This document shows positions 18,653 through 28,923 of a stretch of DNA of 64,000 nucleotides, piece by piece. The DNA lies in the IMG/VR virus record IMGVR_UViG_3300033121_000719, positions 32,001 through 96,000 of that record; one strand, 5' to 3'. The DNA is from a virus (taxonomy: Duplodnaviria; Caudoviricetes). The notes under the pieces are model-generated. The model was not told the origin of the DNA. It worked only from the letters and a program-made list of their open reading frames with translations, and did not search any database. A program made the position numbers and the translations under genes. Within the stretch, counting starts at the first letter, position 1, and every line of letters starts with the position of its first letter.

Positions 18653-19663
18653 ATGATAGATATAAATAAATGGCAAAGTCTATGGAATAGTTTAATTTAT
18701 AAATGGGATTTGAATAAAATAAATACTGATTATGAGTTATTTATAGATGTTTCCCATTGGACGCACAATTCATCTTTTAATGAAGAAAAATTTGCAGAAC
18801 AAATAGAAAAGAAAAATTTAAAAGGTATTATTTTTAAAGTTAGTGATGCTACAAGAGATACAGGAAAATTATATTTAGATGATAAAGCTGAAGTATGGTA
18901 TAATTTAGCACAAAAATATAAATTATTAACTACTGGTTACCATTGGCTACAGCCATCTGTAGACCCAAAAATAGCTTATAAATATTATGACTCTTGGATG
19001 AAAGACCATCCTTGTACTTTACCATATGTCGTTGATTTTGAAGAGCCTAGTGTCGTAAATGCCTCTGATTATCTTTGGAGGTTGAAAACATTTCTTGAAT
19101 GTGGAAAACCAGATTCAATTATTTATACAGCTACAGGATACATTTCTACTTTAAAATCTAAAATTACATCTTCAAACTGGAACAAAAATTTTGGTTTTAT
19201 GTCTGGATATACATTGTGGGTGGCTCGGTATTCAAGATATTGTCCTAAAAATTTGTTTCCTTGGAAAGAAGATGGTTGGGATTTATGGCAGTATTCTGCA
19301 AAAGCAGATTATCCTTTTTATTCTGATGGTGATGGCATGGATGGTAGAGAGTGGGGGTTACCTAGTGGTGGATTAGATATGAATTGGGTAAAGAAATCCT
19401 ACTTATCTCAATTTACAAGTGGTAGTAATACCATTACTCCTGAACCAGAAAAAGAAACATCTTTTGGAATATATACTAACAGAAATATGAATGTAAGAAA
19501 TAAACCTTCTACATCTGGAATCATTGTTGACAGTCTACTAGAAAATACAAGAATTAAGATAAAAGAGATTGTTGGAAATTCTGCTTGGGCAAAAATAGAT
19601 GAAGAAAAATTTGTATGTCTCACTGAGAATGGAATAAATTACGTTAATTGTAAGGAGGAATAG
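18653..19663 (+). CDS. GH25 endolysin with C-terminal SH3-like domain
   Basis: FIDVSHW, YHWL, VVDFEE, IIYT, LWVARY, LWQYS, LDMN; C-terminal MNVRNKPSTSG. Confidence 0.85.
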   Translation: MIDINKWQSLWNSLIYKWDLNKINTDYELFIDVSHWTHNSSFNEEKFAEQIEKKNLKGIIFKVSDATRDTGKLYLDDKAEVWYNLAQKYKLLTTGYHWLQPSVDPKIAYKYYDSWMKDHPCTLPYVVDFEEPSVVNASDYLWRLKTFLECGKPDSIIYTATGYISTLKSKITSSNWNKNFGFMSGYTLWVARYSRYCPKNLFPWKEDGWDLWQYSAKADYPFYSDGDGMDGREWGLPSGGLDMNWVKKSYLSQFTSGSNTITPEPEKETSFGIYTNRNMNVRNKPSTSGIIVDSLLENTRIKIKEIVGNSAWAKIDEEKFVCLTENGINYVNCKEE

Positions 19664-20671
19664 ATGGGTATATATACAAATAATGCAAGAGGTATTCAAT
19701 TAGGTGAAAATGCTATATCAGTTGATATTGATAAAATAAAAGGAAAGATTGATTTTATCGTTGCAAGAGGTGTTGATGGAACAAATGTTAATAAGAAATT
19801 ATGGTTAAATCCTAGAATTGGCGAGAATGTTACTTTAGCTGATAATTTAGGCGTTCCGTTGGTTATGCTTTTTGCTTTCTCAGTTGACGATTATATTGAA
19901 AACGCCCCTGAAAAATTGCCTGATTTTGACGAAAAAGATAGACACGTATCTTTGTTAGATCAAGCAATTTTTATTGGATCAACCAAAATTAAAAGAAAAA
20001 TATCCGCAATTATTATTGAAGCAACAAGTTTAATTGCTTCTGATGGCAGGGTGATGACTGAAACAAACTACAAAAATTATCTTGCGTTTTTTGTTTCTGG
20101 TATCTGGAATAGATATAAAATTCCAGTATATATTTATGCGGATAATGAGATTATGAAAAAATATTGGGGAAAGTTTGATGTAATGAATGGGTATCTATCT
20201 GGATTTGATGGTATGTGTTCGTTTTCATCTTTGACCCCAGGCGCACTTCCAACTACAATCAGTGTAGACAACATCCCTGTTCCAAATGATTATTATAAAG
20301 TTTCATATATTTGTAATGCACCATATATTCATTTTACCAAGTATGCCAGCACAGCATACATTTTAAAAGAGATTAGAGACGCATCTGGAAATAGTATAAA
20401 GGTTCCACTGTGGCAATACTTCAAACCAAAAGCAACATTGTTCAACACTCTTGGTTTTATTCCAAATGTAGCCACGCCAATTGTTACTCCAACTACTCCT
20501 GAAACTCCAATTGTAACCCAACCAACAGTTTCAATTGATTTGAGTGAACTTCAAGAAGGGTTGGAACATTTAAAAGCTGAACAAGATGCTGAATTACAAG
20601 AAGAAAAGAAACAGACTGCTCTATTAGAATGGTTGGTTTCTACAATTAAAAGAATTTTTAACCTTATTTAA
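19664..20671 (+). CDS. Degenerate GH25-like protein
   Basis: IDFIVAR, IPVYIYA, LWQY; catalytic Asp and DxE positions not conserved. Confidence 0.5.
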   Translation: MGIYTNNARGIQLGENAISVDIDKIKGKIDFIVARGVDGTNVNKKLWLNPRIGENVTLADNLGVPLVMLFAFSVDDYIENAPEKLPDFDEKDRHVSLLDQAIFIGSTKIKRKISAIIIEATSLIASDGRVMTETNYKNYLAFFVSGIWNRYKIPVYIYADNEIMKKYWGKFDVMNGYLSGFDGMCSFSSLTPGALPTTISVDNIPVPNDYYKVSYICNAPYIHFTKYASTAYILKEIRDASGNSIKVPLWQYFKPKATLFNTLGFIPNVATPIVTPTTPETPIVTQPTVSIDLSELQEGLEHLKAEQDAELQEEKKQTALLEWLVSTIKRIFNLI

Positions 20672-20682
20672 GGAGGTTTCTT

Positions 20683-21087
20683 ATGACACTAAAATTTTCT
20701 GTTGGCGTTAGAAACGCTGAGATGGATGCCATAGAAACAGCAGTTGGTAGTTCAGCAGTATTAAAAATATTTGCGGGGTCTGTTCCCACAAATATCACTG
20801 ATTCTGATACTGGAACTGTTTTGGCTACATTGAATTTACCTGCTGATTGGATGAACTCTGCTTCTAGTGGGAGTAAGACAATGAGTGGTGTGTGGAGCGC
20901 AAATGCTTCTGGCTCTGGTATTGCAACTTATTTTAGAATCTATGCTACTGGTGGAAGCACTCAACACATTCAAGGAACAACTTCTCTTGTTGGAGATGGA
21001 GGCGATCTGATCTTGGATAACACAAATATTCAAAGTGGTCAGACAATTTCTGTTACGGAATTTACGATAATTTCTGGAAATGCTTAA
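20683..21087 (+). CDS. Virion structural protein
   Basis: LKIFAGSVP..VLATLNLP..ASSGSK..ATYFRI..GDLILDNTNI..GQTISVT motif typical of phage structural proteins. Confidence 0.7.
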   Translation: MTLKFSVGVRNAEMDAIETAVGSSAVLKIFAGSVPTNITDSDTGTVLATLNLPADWMNSASSGSKTMSGVWSANASGSGIATYFRIYATGGSTQHIQGTTSLVGDGGDLILDNTNIQSGQTISVTEFTIISGNA

Positions 21088-21098
21088 GGGGGATATAT

Positions 21099-21668
21099 AT
21101 GTCCTCTTTATATAATTTAGTAAAAGTAAAAACCAATACGACTGGTTCAGGAATTATTGATTTAGGAAATCCTGTTTCTGGTTTTTTATCTTTTTCAACT
21201 GGTGGCGTTTTAGATGGAGATACTGTGTCTTATGGCATTATTGATTCTACAAACTCAGAAGTTGGAAAAGGTTTTTATTCTGCTTCTGGTTCAACTTTAA
21301 CTAGAAGTGTTATAAACAGCACAAACAACAATAACCCAATATCTTTATCTGGTGACGCTACAGTTTTTATTACTGCTTTAGCGGATGATTTTAGAAGGAC
21401 AATACAAGTTACAGTTGATTTTGGTTTTTCTAGTGGTAATGAAGGCGATACTGCCATTGTTACAGTTCCATGTTCTTGGGTAAAATCAGATTCAATTATA
21501 TTGTGTAATGCGAGTGGTGGAAGTACATTAGACCATTCAGGTGAAGATGCAATGATTGAGGACATTCAAGGATTTGCAACAAATATTGTTGAGGGCGTTA
21601 GTTTTGATATAGTTGCTTATGCTCCCTTGGGAACGTGGGGACGATATAATATAAACGCAATCTTATAA
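21099..21668 (+). CDS. Virion structural protein
   Basis: VKVKTNTTGSG..EVGKG.Y..TLTRSVI.STN..ISLSG.ATVFIT motif. Confidence 0.65.
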   Translation: MSSLYNLVKVKTNTTGSGIIDLGNPVSGFLSFSTGGVLDGDTVSYGIIDSTNSEVGKGFYSASGSTLTRSVINSTNNNNPISLSGDATVFITALADDFRRTIQVTVDFGFSSGNEGDTAIVTVPCSWVKSDSIILCNASGGSTLDHSGEDAMIEDIQGFATNIVEGVSFDIVAYAPLGTWGRYNINAIL

Positions 21669-21684
21669 AATAGGAGGACATAAT

Positions 21685-23121
21685 ATGTCTGTAATGATAA
21701 AAAGTGGCAATAGTGGCGAACTTGCTGAAGTAAAAAGCGGATCGCTAGTTACTGCCTTAACGCAAGACCCTGAAAATGCAGGTATAGTTGCGTTTATGAG
21801 TCAAAACGATGATGGAAGCGTCACTGGAACTCAATACCTAAAATCACCAGAAACTTCTGGTGATTTTAGGCTAAGAGTTGGAGTTGATACTCTCTATTTT
21901 ATTGACACATTCAACTATGCGGCACAAAATACTTCAAACTGGATTTATAGAACATCAACCCTAACTACAACGTGGGCTGGTGGTTATATGACATTAAATG
22001 GCGGAGCGGCTACTGGTACAGGTTCAACGTCAGTTCAAACGTATAAATATATTCCCATGTATGGGGCTTCATCTTTGTATGTTGAAATGAGTATAGCATT
22101 GACCAACACTCCACCCGCCAACTGGCAGGCTGATTTTGGTTTAATGACTATGGGTACATCTGCTCCATTTACTCCTTCTGATGGTGTCTATTTTAGAATT
22201 ACATCAGCTGGTATATATGGGGTAATGAATTATAATACAAGTGAATCTACAACTAATTTATTAATTTCTGCTTCTGCCATTTCTCTTAATTCAAACAAGA
22301 AATTTACTATCGTTGTAAGTGAAGATGAATGTGAATTTTGGATGGATGATGTCTTACTTGGTGAAAAAAAAGTTCCAGCAGGAGTTGGACAGCCTTTTAT
22401 GGCGGCTTCTCAACCATTTGGTATGAGATTGGTTCATACAAATACTGCTGGTGCAATTTGTCAACTCAAAATTAGTGATGTAATTATTTCTCAAGCTGAC
22501 TTGAATGTGACTAAGCCTTGGTCATATCAGATGGCTGGAACTGGTCATATGTCATACCAAGCTCAAAATGGTGCAACTATGGGTTCTACTGCAAACATGA
22601 TAAACAGCTATAATCCCACTTCTGGATCAATTGCAAACGCTACTGTATCCGCTTCTTTTGTGGGTCTTGGTGGACAATTCGCTGTTTTACCAACATTAAC
22701 TGCAAATACTGATGGTATTTTGTGTAGTTATCTCAATCCAGCGCCAACAGTTAACTTGACGGGAAGAACTTTAGTTGTCAACGGAATAAGAATCAGCGGC
22801 GTTGTTACTACATTATTAGCAACGTCTGGTTCTGCGCCAGTCATTTACCTATTTTCTGCCGCATTTGGACATACAGGAATATCATTAGCTACCGCAGAGG
22901 GAGCTACAGCTAAATCGGCAAGGCGTGTTCCATTAGGAATTCAGACTTATGCTGGAAATGCTGTGGCAGGAACTCTTGGACAATCAGTTGAAATTAATTT
23001 TGAAACCCCAATTGTTGTAAATCCTAATGAATATTTTCAAATAGTGGCAAAAAACGCTGGAACTGTAACTACATCTGGGGTTATTACTTTCTTGGTAACG
23101 ATCATTGGATATTATCAATAG
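21685..23121 (+). CDS. Virion structural/fibre-like protein
   Basis: 478 aa, Thr/Gly/Ser-rich, beta-rich. Confidence 0.6.
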   Translation: MSVMIKSGNSGELAEVKSGSLVTALTQDPENAGIVAFMSQNDDGSVTGTQYLKSPETSGDFRLRVGVDTLYFIDTFNYAAQNTSNWIYRTSTLTTTWAGGYMTLNGGAATGTGSTSVQTYKYIPMYGASSLYVEMSIALTNTPPANWQADFGLMTMGTSAPFTPSDGVYFRITSAGIYGVMNYNTSESTTNLLISASAISLNSNKKFTIVVSEDECEFWMDDVLLGEKKVPAGVGQPFMAASQPFGMRLVHTNTAGAICQLKISDVIISQADLNVTKPWSYQMAGTGHMSYQAQNGATMGSTANMINSYNPTSGSIANATVSASFVGLGGQFAVLPTLTANTDGILCSYLNPAPTVNLTGRTLVVNGIRISGVVTTLLATSGSAPVIYLFSAAFGHTGISLATAEGATAKSARRVPLGIQTYAGNAVAGTLGQSVEINFETPIVVNPNEYFQIVAKNAGTVTTSGVITFLVTIIGYYQ

Positions 23122-23148
23122 GCCTAAATCCTAGAAAGGATGTGACCT

Positions 23149-23910
23149 ATGATATTTGATGCTCTTGGTAGTTTGCCATTAGGCGCGACAATTGAAAATA
23201 TAAATAATGCTTATTTAGTTCAAACACTAGAATCATCAAATGTTTTAAGTAACTCAATTGTTTCAATATCTGCTAGTTTAGTTAAAAATGTTGACAATAT
23301 TGTAGTTGTTGCAACTGGAAGTATTATTGCTGGAATAAATTGTTCATTAAATCAAATCGCTGAAAATGCAACAACAGTTTCAAACACTGATATTTTAATA
23401 ACTGCCTCAACAATTCAAACATTACAAAATGTTTCCAGTATATCAAATTCTGAAACAAAGATAAATTCTTATCTCGTTGAATCATTAAATAATGTTATTT
23501 CAATAATCAATTCAACATTAAGCATAAAATCTAACTTAACTTCAAACCTAAATGATTCTAATAGCATTTCAACTGCAAAGATAATTGTTACTGGTGCTTC
23601 TAGCAATAGATTAGAAAGCGTTTCCAATACTTCCAATGCCTCAGTGTCCATATCTGCAAATTTAATATCAAACTTAAGTGATGTTGTATTTAGTGGTTCA
23701 TGTAATGTATACTTTAGACCAGCAACCATATCATATTATAATTTTGATTCTAGTGTGTGTTATAGTTATGATATAGTTTTGGAATACGCCAATACGTTAG
23801 GAATTGAAGGAAACATGGCAGATGTATTTGTTGTTGATGCAGACATAACTGATAAAAAAGATTTTTATAGTTCTGTGTGTGATTATATAAAAATGGAGGC
23901 AAACTTATGA
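23149..23910 (+). CDS. Ser/Asn/Ile-rich repeat virion protein
   Basis: ~21-aa repeats (L.QTLE...S.S....I). Confidence 0.5.
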   Translation: MIFDALGSLPLGATIENINNAYLVQTLESSNVLSNSIVSISASLVKNVDNIVVVATGSIIAGINCSLNQIAENATTVSNTDILITASTIQTLQNVSSISNSETKINSYLVESLNNVISIINSTLSIKSNLTSNLNDSNSISTAKIIVTGASSNRLESVSNTSNASVSISANLISNLSDVVFSGSCNVYFRPATISYYNFDSSVCYSYDIVLEYANTLGIEGNMADVFVVDADITDKKDFYSSVCDYIKMEANL

Positions 23911-24209
23911 CTTCACCTCATGTTGGGGATATAGGAACTCCTTTTACAATTACAGTTCATAAAACTGATGGTATTTCTATCTTAGACGTTAGTTCAACCA
24001 CAGCTAGAAACATAATTTTCACAAAACCAAATGGAATTAAATTAGTAAAGTCAGCAGATTTAGCTACTGATGGAACTGATGGGAAAATATTATACAAAAT
24101 TCAGTCTGGTGATATTGATGTTTCTGGAACATGGAAAATAAGAGGACAAGTAACTTTTGTGAATGGGAATTGGTTTACTGACGAATTGTCATTTACAGTT
24201 TTGGATTAA
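23907..24209 (+). CDS. BppU-like Ig-fold protein
   Basis: VGDIGT..KPNG..DGTDGKILY..GDIDVSGTWKIRG. Confidence 0.65.
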   Translation: MTSPHVGDIGTPFTITVHKTDGISILDVSSTTARNIIFTKPNGIKLVKSADLATDGTDGKILYKIQSGDIDVSGTWKIRGQVTFVNGNWFTDELSFTVLD

Positions 24210-24211
24210 AT

Positions 24212-24246
24212 AAAAATACCCCTGCAATTTTGCAGGGGTATTTTTT
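24212..24246. terminator. Bidirectional rho-independent terminator at the convergence of the two gene blocks
   Basis: aaaaatacccctgcaa-tt-ttgcaggggtatttttt. Confidence 0.9.
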
Positions 24247-24255
24247 GTGCTTCAA

Positions 24256-24618
24256 TTATTTTTCTAGTTTATTTAGAATTTCTCGTTCTTTTTCTAAATC
24301 TCTATTGACTGCATTTTCTTCTGTGAATTTTTCAGGATATCTTGCTTTAAGTTTATCAATATTATTTTGAAGTCCTTTTTCAATATCAATATTTAACATT
24401 CTACATAGGTTCACAAGATACCAAAATTGGTCAAAAATTTCTTCTGATACATTTACTTTATCTAATGGTTTATTATATGCGAATTGTTTTTTGAACGCAT
24501 CTAATAATTCATTTGCTTCGGTGGAAGCTCCAATTGCCATGTGTAATTGGTTATTAAAATCACTACCCAAATCTGGACACGTTCTTGAAGATTCTTCCAT
24601 ATATTTATAAATATTCAT
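24256..24618 (-). CDS. MazG-like nucleoside triphosphate pyrophosphohydrolase
   Basis: HMAIG..TEANELLDAFKK..EEIFDQFWYL..NIDKLKARYPE.F; own AAGGAG RBS at 24625-24630, in frame with the upstream GIY-YIG ORF. Confidence 0.85.
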   Translation of the reverse strand: MNIYKYMEESSRTCPDLGSDFNNQLHMAIGASTEANELLDAFKKQFAYNKPLDKVNVSEEIFDQFWYLVNLCRMLNIDIEKGLQNNIDKLKARYPEKFTEENAVNRDLEKEREILNKLEK

Positions 24619-25311
24619 TGACAACTCCTTTATTGTTCGTTTAATCAGTTTTGTATTGCTTATTTTTTCTCTTGTTTTATTAGATACTTCATGATTTAGT
24701 TTCGATTGTGATATTTTCTTTTTGTGCTCTTCTGATTTTGGTATTCCTTTTGTTTTCCCTTTATTTGCTAAACTTATTTTTTCTCTTGTTTCCTTACTGA
24801 ATATTTTATTTTTATTTGCTAAAGAGATTTTGTCTTTTTCTTCTTGTGTGTGTTTTCTGTTCCACCATTGAGATAATTCACCTTTTTTCCCATATTGATG
24901 ATTTTTGTCTCCAGACAAACGACCTTTATTTGATTTTCCTATTTTTAATTTTGTTTCTTCAGTTGGAATCCATCCTAATGTAGATTCTCCACCAAGAGTC
25001 ATATTATATCCATTTGAATTTTCAAAATGAATATAGGAATTATAAAACTTAATCCAATACATTTCTTTTTCATTTAATTCGGTGATTGAATCTGATATAT
25101 CAATTATTTCCCAGATTATATCGTTTTCTCCATACTTATTTATAGCATTATGAAAAACAACATTTTCTTTGTTTTTTGATGAAATATGATCTCTTTTTCT
25201 TGCATCCAAACTTCTTGTTGTTTGTCCTATATAACATTTCCCATTAGAAAATGTTGCTTTATATATTATTCCAAGACAGTTTGTTTTTTTATTATCATAT
25301 TCTATTATCAT
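24619..25311 (-). mobile_element. GIY-YIG homing endonuclease with NUMOD3-like repeats; reads through into MazG
   Basis: GIIYK..YIGQT..R..H; ELNEKEMYWI; GYNMTLGG; repeated EET/HKxKIS motifs. Confidence 0.85.
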
Positions 25312-25319
25312 TTTCCCCT

Positions 25320-26749
25320 TTATCCACATTTACTAAAACCACAATTACAAACAATACATCCAGCCTCTAATCTCATTTTTTCTCCACAGTTGGGGCAAGT
25401 CATTTTTCCATCTTTGTCCTGTTTTGTTTGTTGTTGTTTTTTTGGTTTAGTTTCTTTAATAACAATATTGCCCTGTTCATATTTTTCTTTAATATATTTC
25501 GCCAATGCATCTGGACAAGAATTTTGAACATCTTTCCCTTGTGATTTCAATATGGTACACGCAGGACATTTTATATTGCTTAATTGGTCAACAATATTGT
25601 CAACTTTTATTCCACTACGAAAGGCCAAAGAAATTAATCTGCTAATTGCATTAATGTTTGATTGACAAATCCCACCTCTTCCCGTATTAATGAACGTTTC
25701 AACAATATTGCCATTTTCATCTCGACATAAATTTATATATAAATTCCCACATGCAACCCGTCTTTTTACGTTTGAACCATATGTTTCACCCAATTCTTCT
25801 TTGTCAACAGGATCGATATAATCATATTGTTGAATTTGCTCTTTTTCTTCTTCTTTATACGTTGAAGCTGTTGATAATGTTTGATTTTCTCTACATCCAT
25901 CACGATATACCGTTAATCCCTTTAATCCAGACTTCCAAGCATAAAAATAAATGTCATTAATGTCTTTGATAGAAGCATTTTTTGCAAAATTTACAGTTTT
26001 TGAGATACTTAAATCAACTGTTTTTTGAATTATTGACACCATATCAACATGGTCTTTTGGAGTCATATCAGAAGCGGTTACGAATATTTCCTGAAACTCT
26101 TTAGGAACTTCTTTTATTCCTTGACAAGACCCGTTATTTTTTGATATTTTATCCATTAATTCATCAGAATATAATCCAAGTTTTTCAAGTTCTCTTTTAA
26201 AAACTGAATTTACAACATAATATAATGTTCCTTCATAAGTTCTTCTGGTGTAACAAAGAGCATATGTTGGCTCACACCCGCCATTTACATTTGCTAAAAA
26301 AGCAATAGTTCCATTTGGAGCAATACTCAATAGAGACGAGTTCCTTATACTAATTCCCCTTTTTTCCCATTCACTACCTTTCCAAGCTGGATATACGCCC
26401 CTCTCTTTTGCTAAATCAATTGAACATTTTAACGCCGAATCATACATTGTTTTGGACACTTTATCAGCAAACGCAAGACCGTCTTGAGAATTATATCTTA
26501 TTTTTAATTCATATAGCACATCAGCTAGTCCCATAAAACCCATTCCAATGGGTCTAATTTGTTTTGTTACTTTGTCAATTTTTTCAAGAGGAAGAATATT
26601 GACTGTTATCATGTCGTCAAACCATCTTGTAGCTTTATAAGCCAACTCAGATAGTTTTTTGAAATTAAATGATCCGTTTTCAATGCAAGATGTCAGATTG
26701 ATGCTACCAAGATTGCACGAAGAATATGGAATATTACTAAATTCAGAAC
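25320..26749 (-). CDS. nrdJ: Class II (B12-dependent) ribonucleotide reductase, exon 2 (TSCPD domain and C-terminal Zn ribbon)
   Basis: (C)SEF..SCNLGSINL, RPIGMG, SIAPNGT, SISKTVN, KGLTVYRDG. Confidence 0.9.
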
Positions 26750-26959
26750 CATGCTACACTTATTTTCATAAGCACTTTCGTTTGTAGTCTGGACTATACA
26801 ATCTGCATAAAAATACAGGAGTGATGGTAGTCTCTGAGGGTTGATATAAAATCCTTCCCTGCTGATTGTCCAATTCTCAAAATTGTTACTCTATGGTATT
26901 TGAGACTCTAAGGAGTTTCCAGCATATCCACTCTTTTAAATCCCCATTCATTTTGGTTT
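26750..26959 (-). ncRNA. Group I self-splicing intron (210 nt, no ORF) in nrdJ
   Basis: Exon 1 ends aatccc-U and pairs with IGS ggggatt; P tgctggaaa, Q aatcagcagg, R tcagagactac, S gattgtatagtcc; terminal G; splicing restores TNPCSE and a 764-aa ORF. Confidence 0.93.
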
Positions 26960-27824
26960 AGGGATTGGTATAAACTTTTGTTGAAATGTGTTTATTAGTA
27001 TTTGCCTTATCCATTAACGAAGAAAAATTTACCCCAGGTTCAGCAGTTTTCCAAGAGCTTTCTGTTATTTCCTTCATTAGCTGTTTTGCTTTAACTGTTT
27101 GATAAATTTTTACTGGATAACCTTTATTTTTCCAATTATCAATGTCTCCGTCCCATTCTTTATCGTATATTTCTTTACATGATTCATAATCTGGAAAACA
27201 TAAATCCCAATTTTCATCATTTTCAACTGCGTTCATAAATTCATCAGTCATTGATACTGATATATTCATTCTATGAAACTTTGTTAAGTCGTCTTTACAA
27301 TGAATAAATTCAATAATTTGTGGATGCCACATCTGTAAGTTAACCTTTAGTGCGCCTTTACGAGATGGATTAAATTTTGTCATTTGGTCTGCTGTGGCAT
27401 CATATTTTTCCATGAATGTTATAACACCACCTGAGTATCCTTTGCTTGTGTTTACCGCTGATTTTGCGGGTCTAAGAACACTTAAATCCGTTCCAGCACC
27501 ACCGTTTCTTTGAAAAATTTTAGCAAATTCTGCATCAAGTCTGCAAATATCATCAATTGTGTCTCTTGTGTCGCATATAAAACATGATGATAATTGGCCT
27601 GGATTTTCAGGGTCAGCATTTAATAAAACAGGAGTGCTAAAAACAAACGACATTGAAGACATTGCTCCATAAATTTGACCTTCAATTTCTTTTCTTTTTT
27701 CGTCATTGTCCTCAGCTTTAGATATTCCTTTTGCTACACGTGAACACAAATCTTCCCAACACAGTTCATTATCTTTAAAATACTTTTTTTCCTTTAATAA
27801 TTTTAGTGCATCATTATTTATCAT
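26960..27824 (-). CDS. nrdJ: Class II ribonucleotide reductase, exon 1
   Basis: STPVLLNA, QLSSCF, GGAGTDLS.LRP, RKGA, NISV, AEPG, ending TNP. Confidence 0.9.
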
Positions 27825-27838
27825 CGTCTAAAGTCTCC

Positions 27839-28372
27839 TTATAGGTTGAATTTTTTAATAAAACTACTAACTTTGTCTTCAAGTTGTTCAAGAGTTCCAT
27901 TGTTAGTAATAATGTGTGAATGAAAATAGTTGTCTAATGCAGTTTCGCTTTTATGATTTTTTTGTTCTTCTGACAGCATACTTATATGGTTTGGTCTTTC
28001 CACTCTGACTGAAATTATTGGCATATTTTTTTGCGTAAAATATTCAATTTCATTTGGAAATCTACAATCAGATATAATAAAATAATCAAATAAATCTGAA
28101 AAAATTCTTATAAAGTTATCAACTTCTTTTACCCAAAAATCAGGGTCTTTTTCTCTAACAATATCAGTTCCAATTCTTTGTAAAAGACTTCTTCCGTAAT
28201 CATCTTTTACACCATCCCAACCAAAATATTTTTGACAATAGAATTTAAGAACATCCGCATAATGTAGGATAATTACTCTTTCGCCACAATCTGATAATTT
28301 TGATTTTAATATGTTAGCAACAGTGTCTTTTCCGCCTTCAGCTTTAGCTGAGATACATATTATTTTTTTCAT
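27839..28372 (-). CDS. Deoxynucleoside monophosphate kinase-like
   Basis: ISAKAEGGKDT P-loop, RSLLQRIGT, ISDCRFPNE, HKSE. Confidence 0.8.
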   Translation of the reverse strand: MKKIICISAKAEGGKDTVANILKSKLSDCGERVIILHYADVLKFYCQKYFGWDGVKDDYGRSLLQRIGTDIVREKDPDFWVKEVDNFIRIFSDLFDYFIISDCRFPNEIEYFTQKNMPIISVRVERPNHISMLSEEQKNHKSETALDNYFHSHIITNNGTLEQLEDKVSSFIKKFNL

Positions 28373-28911
28373 ATTTTTACTCCTGTAAATGTTTGAATAT
28401 AATTATATATTTGATTCCAATTGTTTGCTCTCTCAGGTTTTCTGAGATATTTATTCCAAGGTCTATCTACAAGGATTGATAATCCATAAAATTTTAGGAC
28501 ATGCTCTGGATTATCGTCAACTATAATATCTCCTTTTATAAGAGACTTGTCTGATGTTACTATAAAATCATTTTTTGTCTCTTTAGATAAAAACCCATTC
28601 TCATGCAGAAAAATATATTTACAATTATCAATATTATTTACTGTTGCAAAGATAACTCTATGTCCTTGTTTCCTTAGTTTATCAATATTTTCTTTTGCCC
28701 CTTCAATTGGTTTGCAGGCGTAATAAATATCTGGACTTTTTATATAATCATAAATTTTTTCTCCACATTCTTTTTTTACAAAAAGAGAGATATTCCAATC
28801 TGTTATATTGTCAATTTTTAGGTTATCATTATAATCAGCATTGTACATCTCAAGCCATACTGGAACTAAATCAAGTACAGTATCATCACAGTCAACTATG
28901 ATTGTTGCCAT
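28369..28911 (-). CDS. 5'(3')-deoxyribonucleotidase (HAD family)
   Basis: VDCDDTV, DKSLIKGDIIVDD, PWN. Confidence 0.85.
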   Translation of the reverse strand: MATIIVDCDDTVLDLVPVWLEMYNADYNDNLKIDNITDWNISLFVKKECGEKIYDYIKSPDIYYACKPIEGAKENIDKLRKQGHRVIFATVNNIDNCKYIFLHENGFLSKETKNDFIVTSDKSLIKGDIIVDDNPEHVLKFYGLSILVDRPWNKYLRKPERANNWNQIYNYIQTFTGVKI

Positions 28912-28923
28912 TCTATCTCCTTT

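Noticed and set aside
26645-26960. nrdJ as a pseudogene or two-subunit gene
   Set aside because: The gap is a complete group I intron whose removal restores the frame and the catalytic TNPC.
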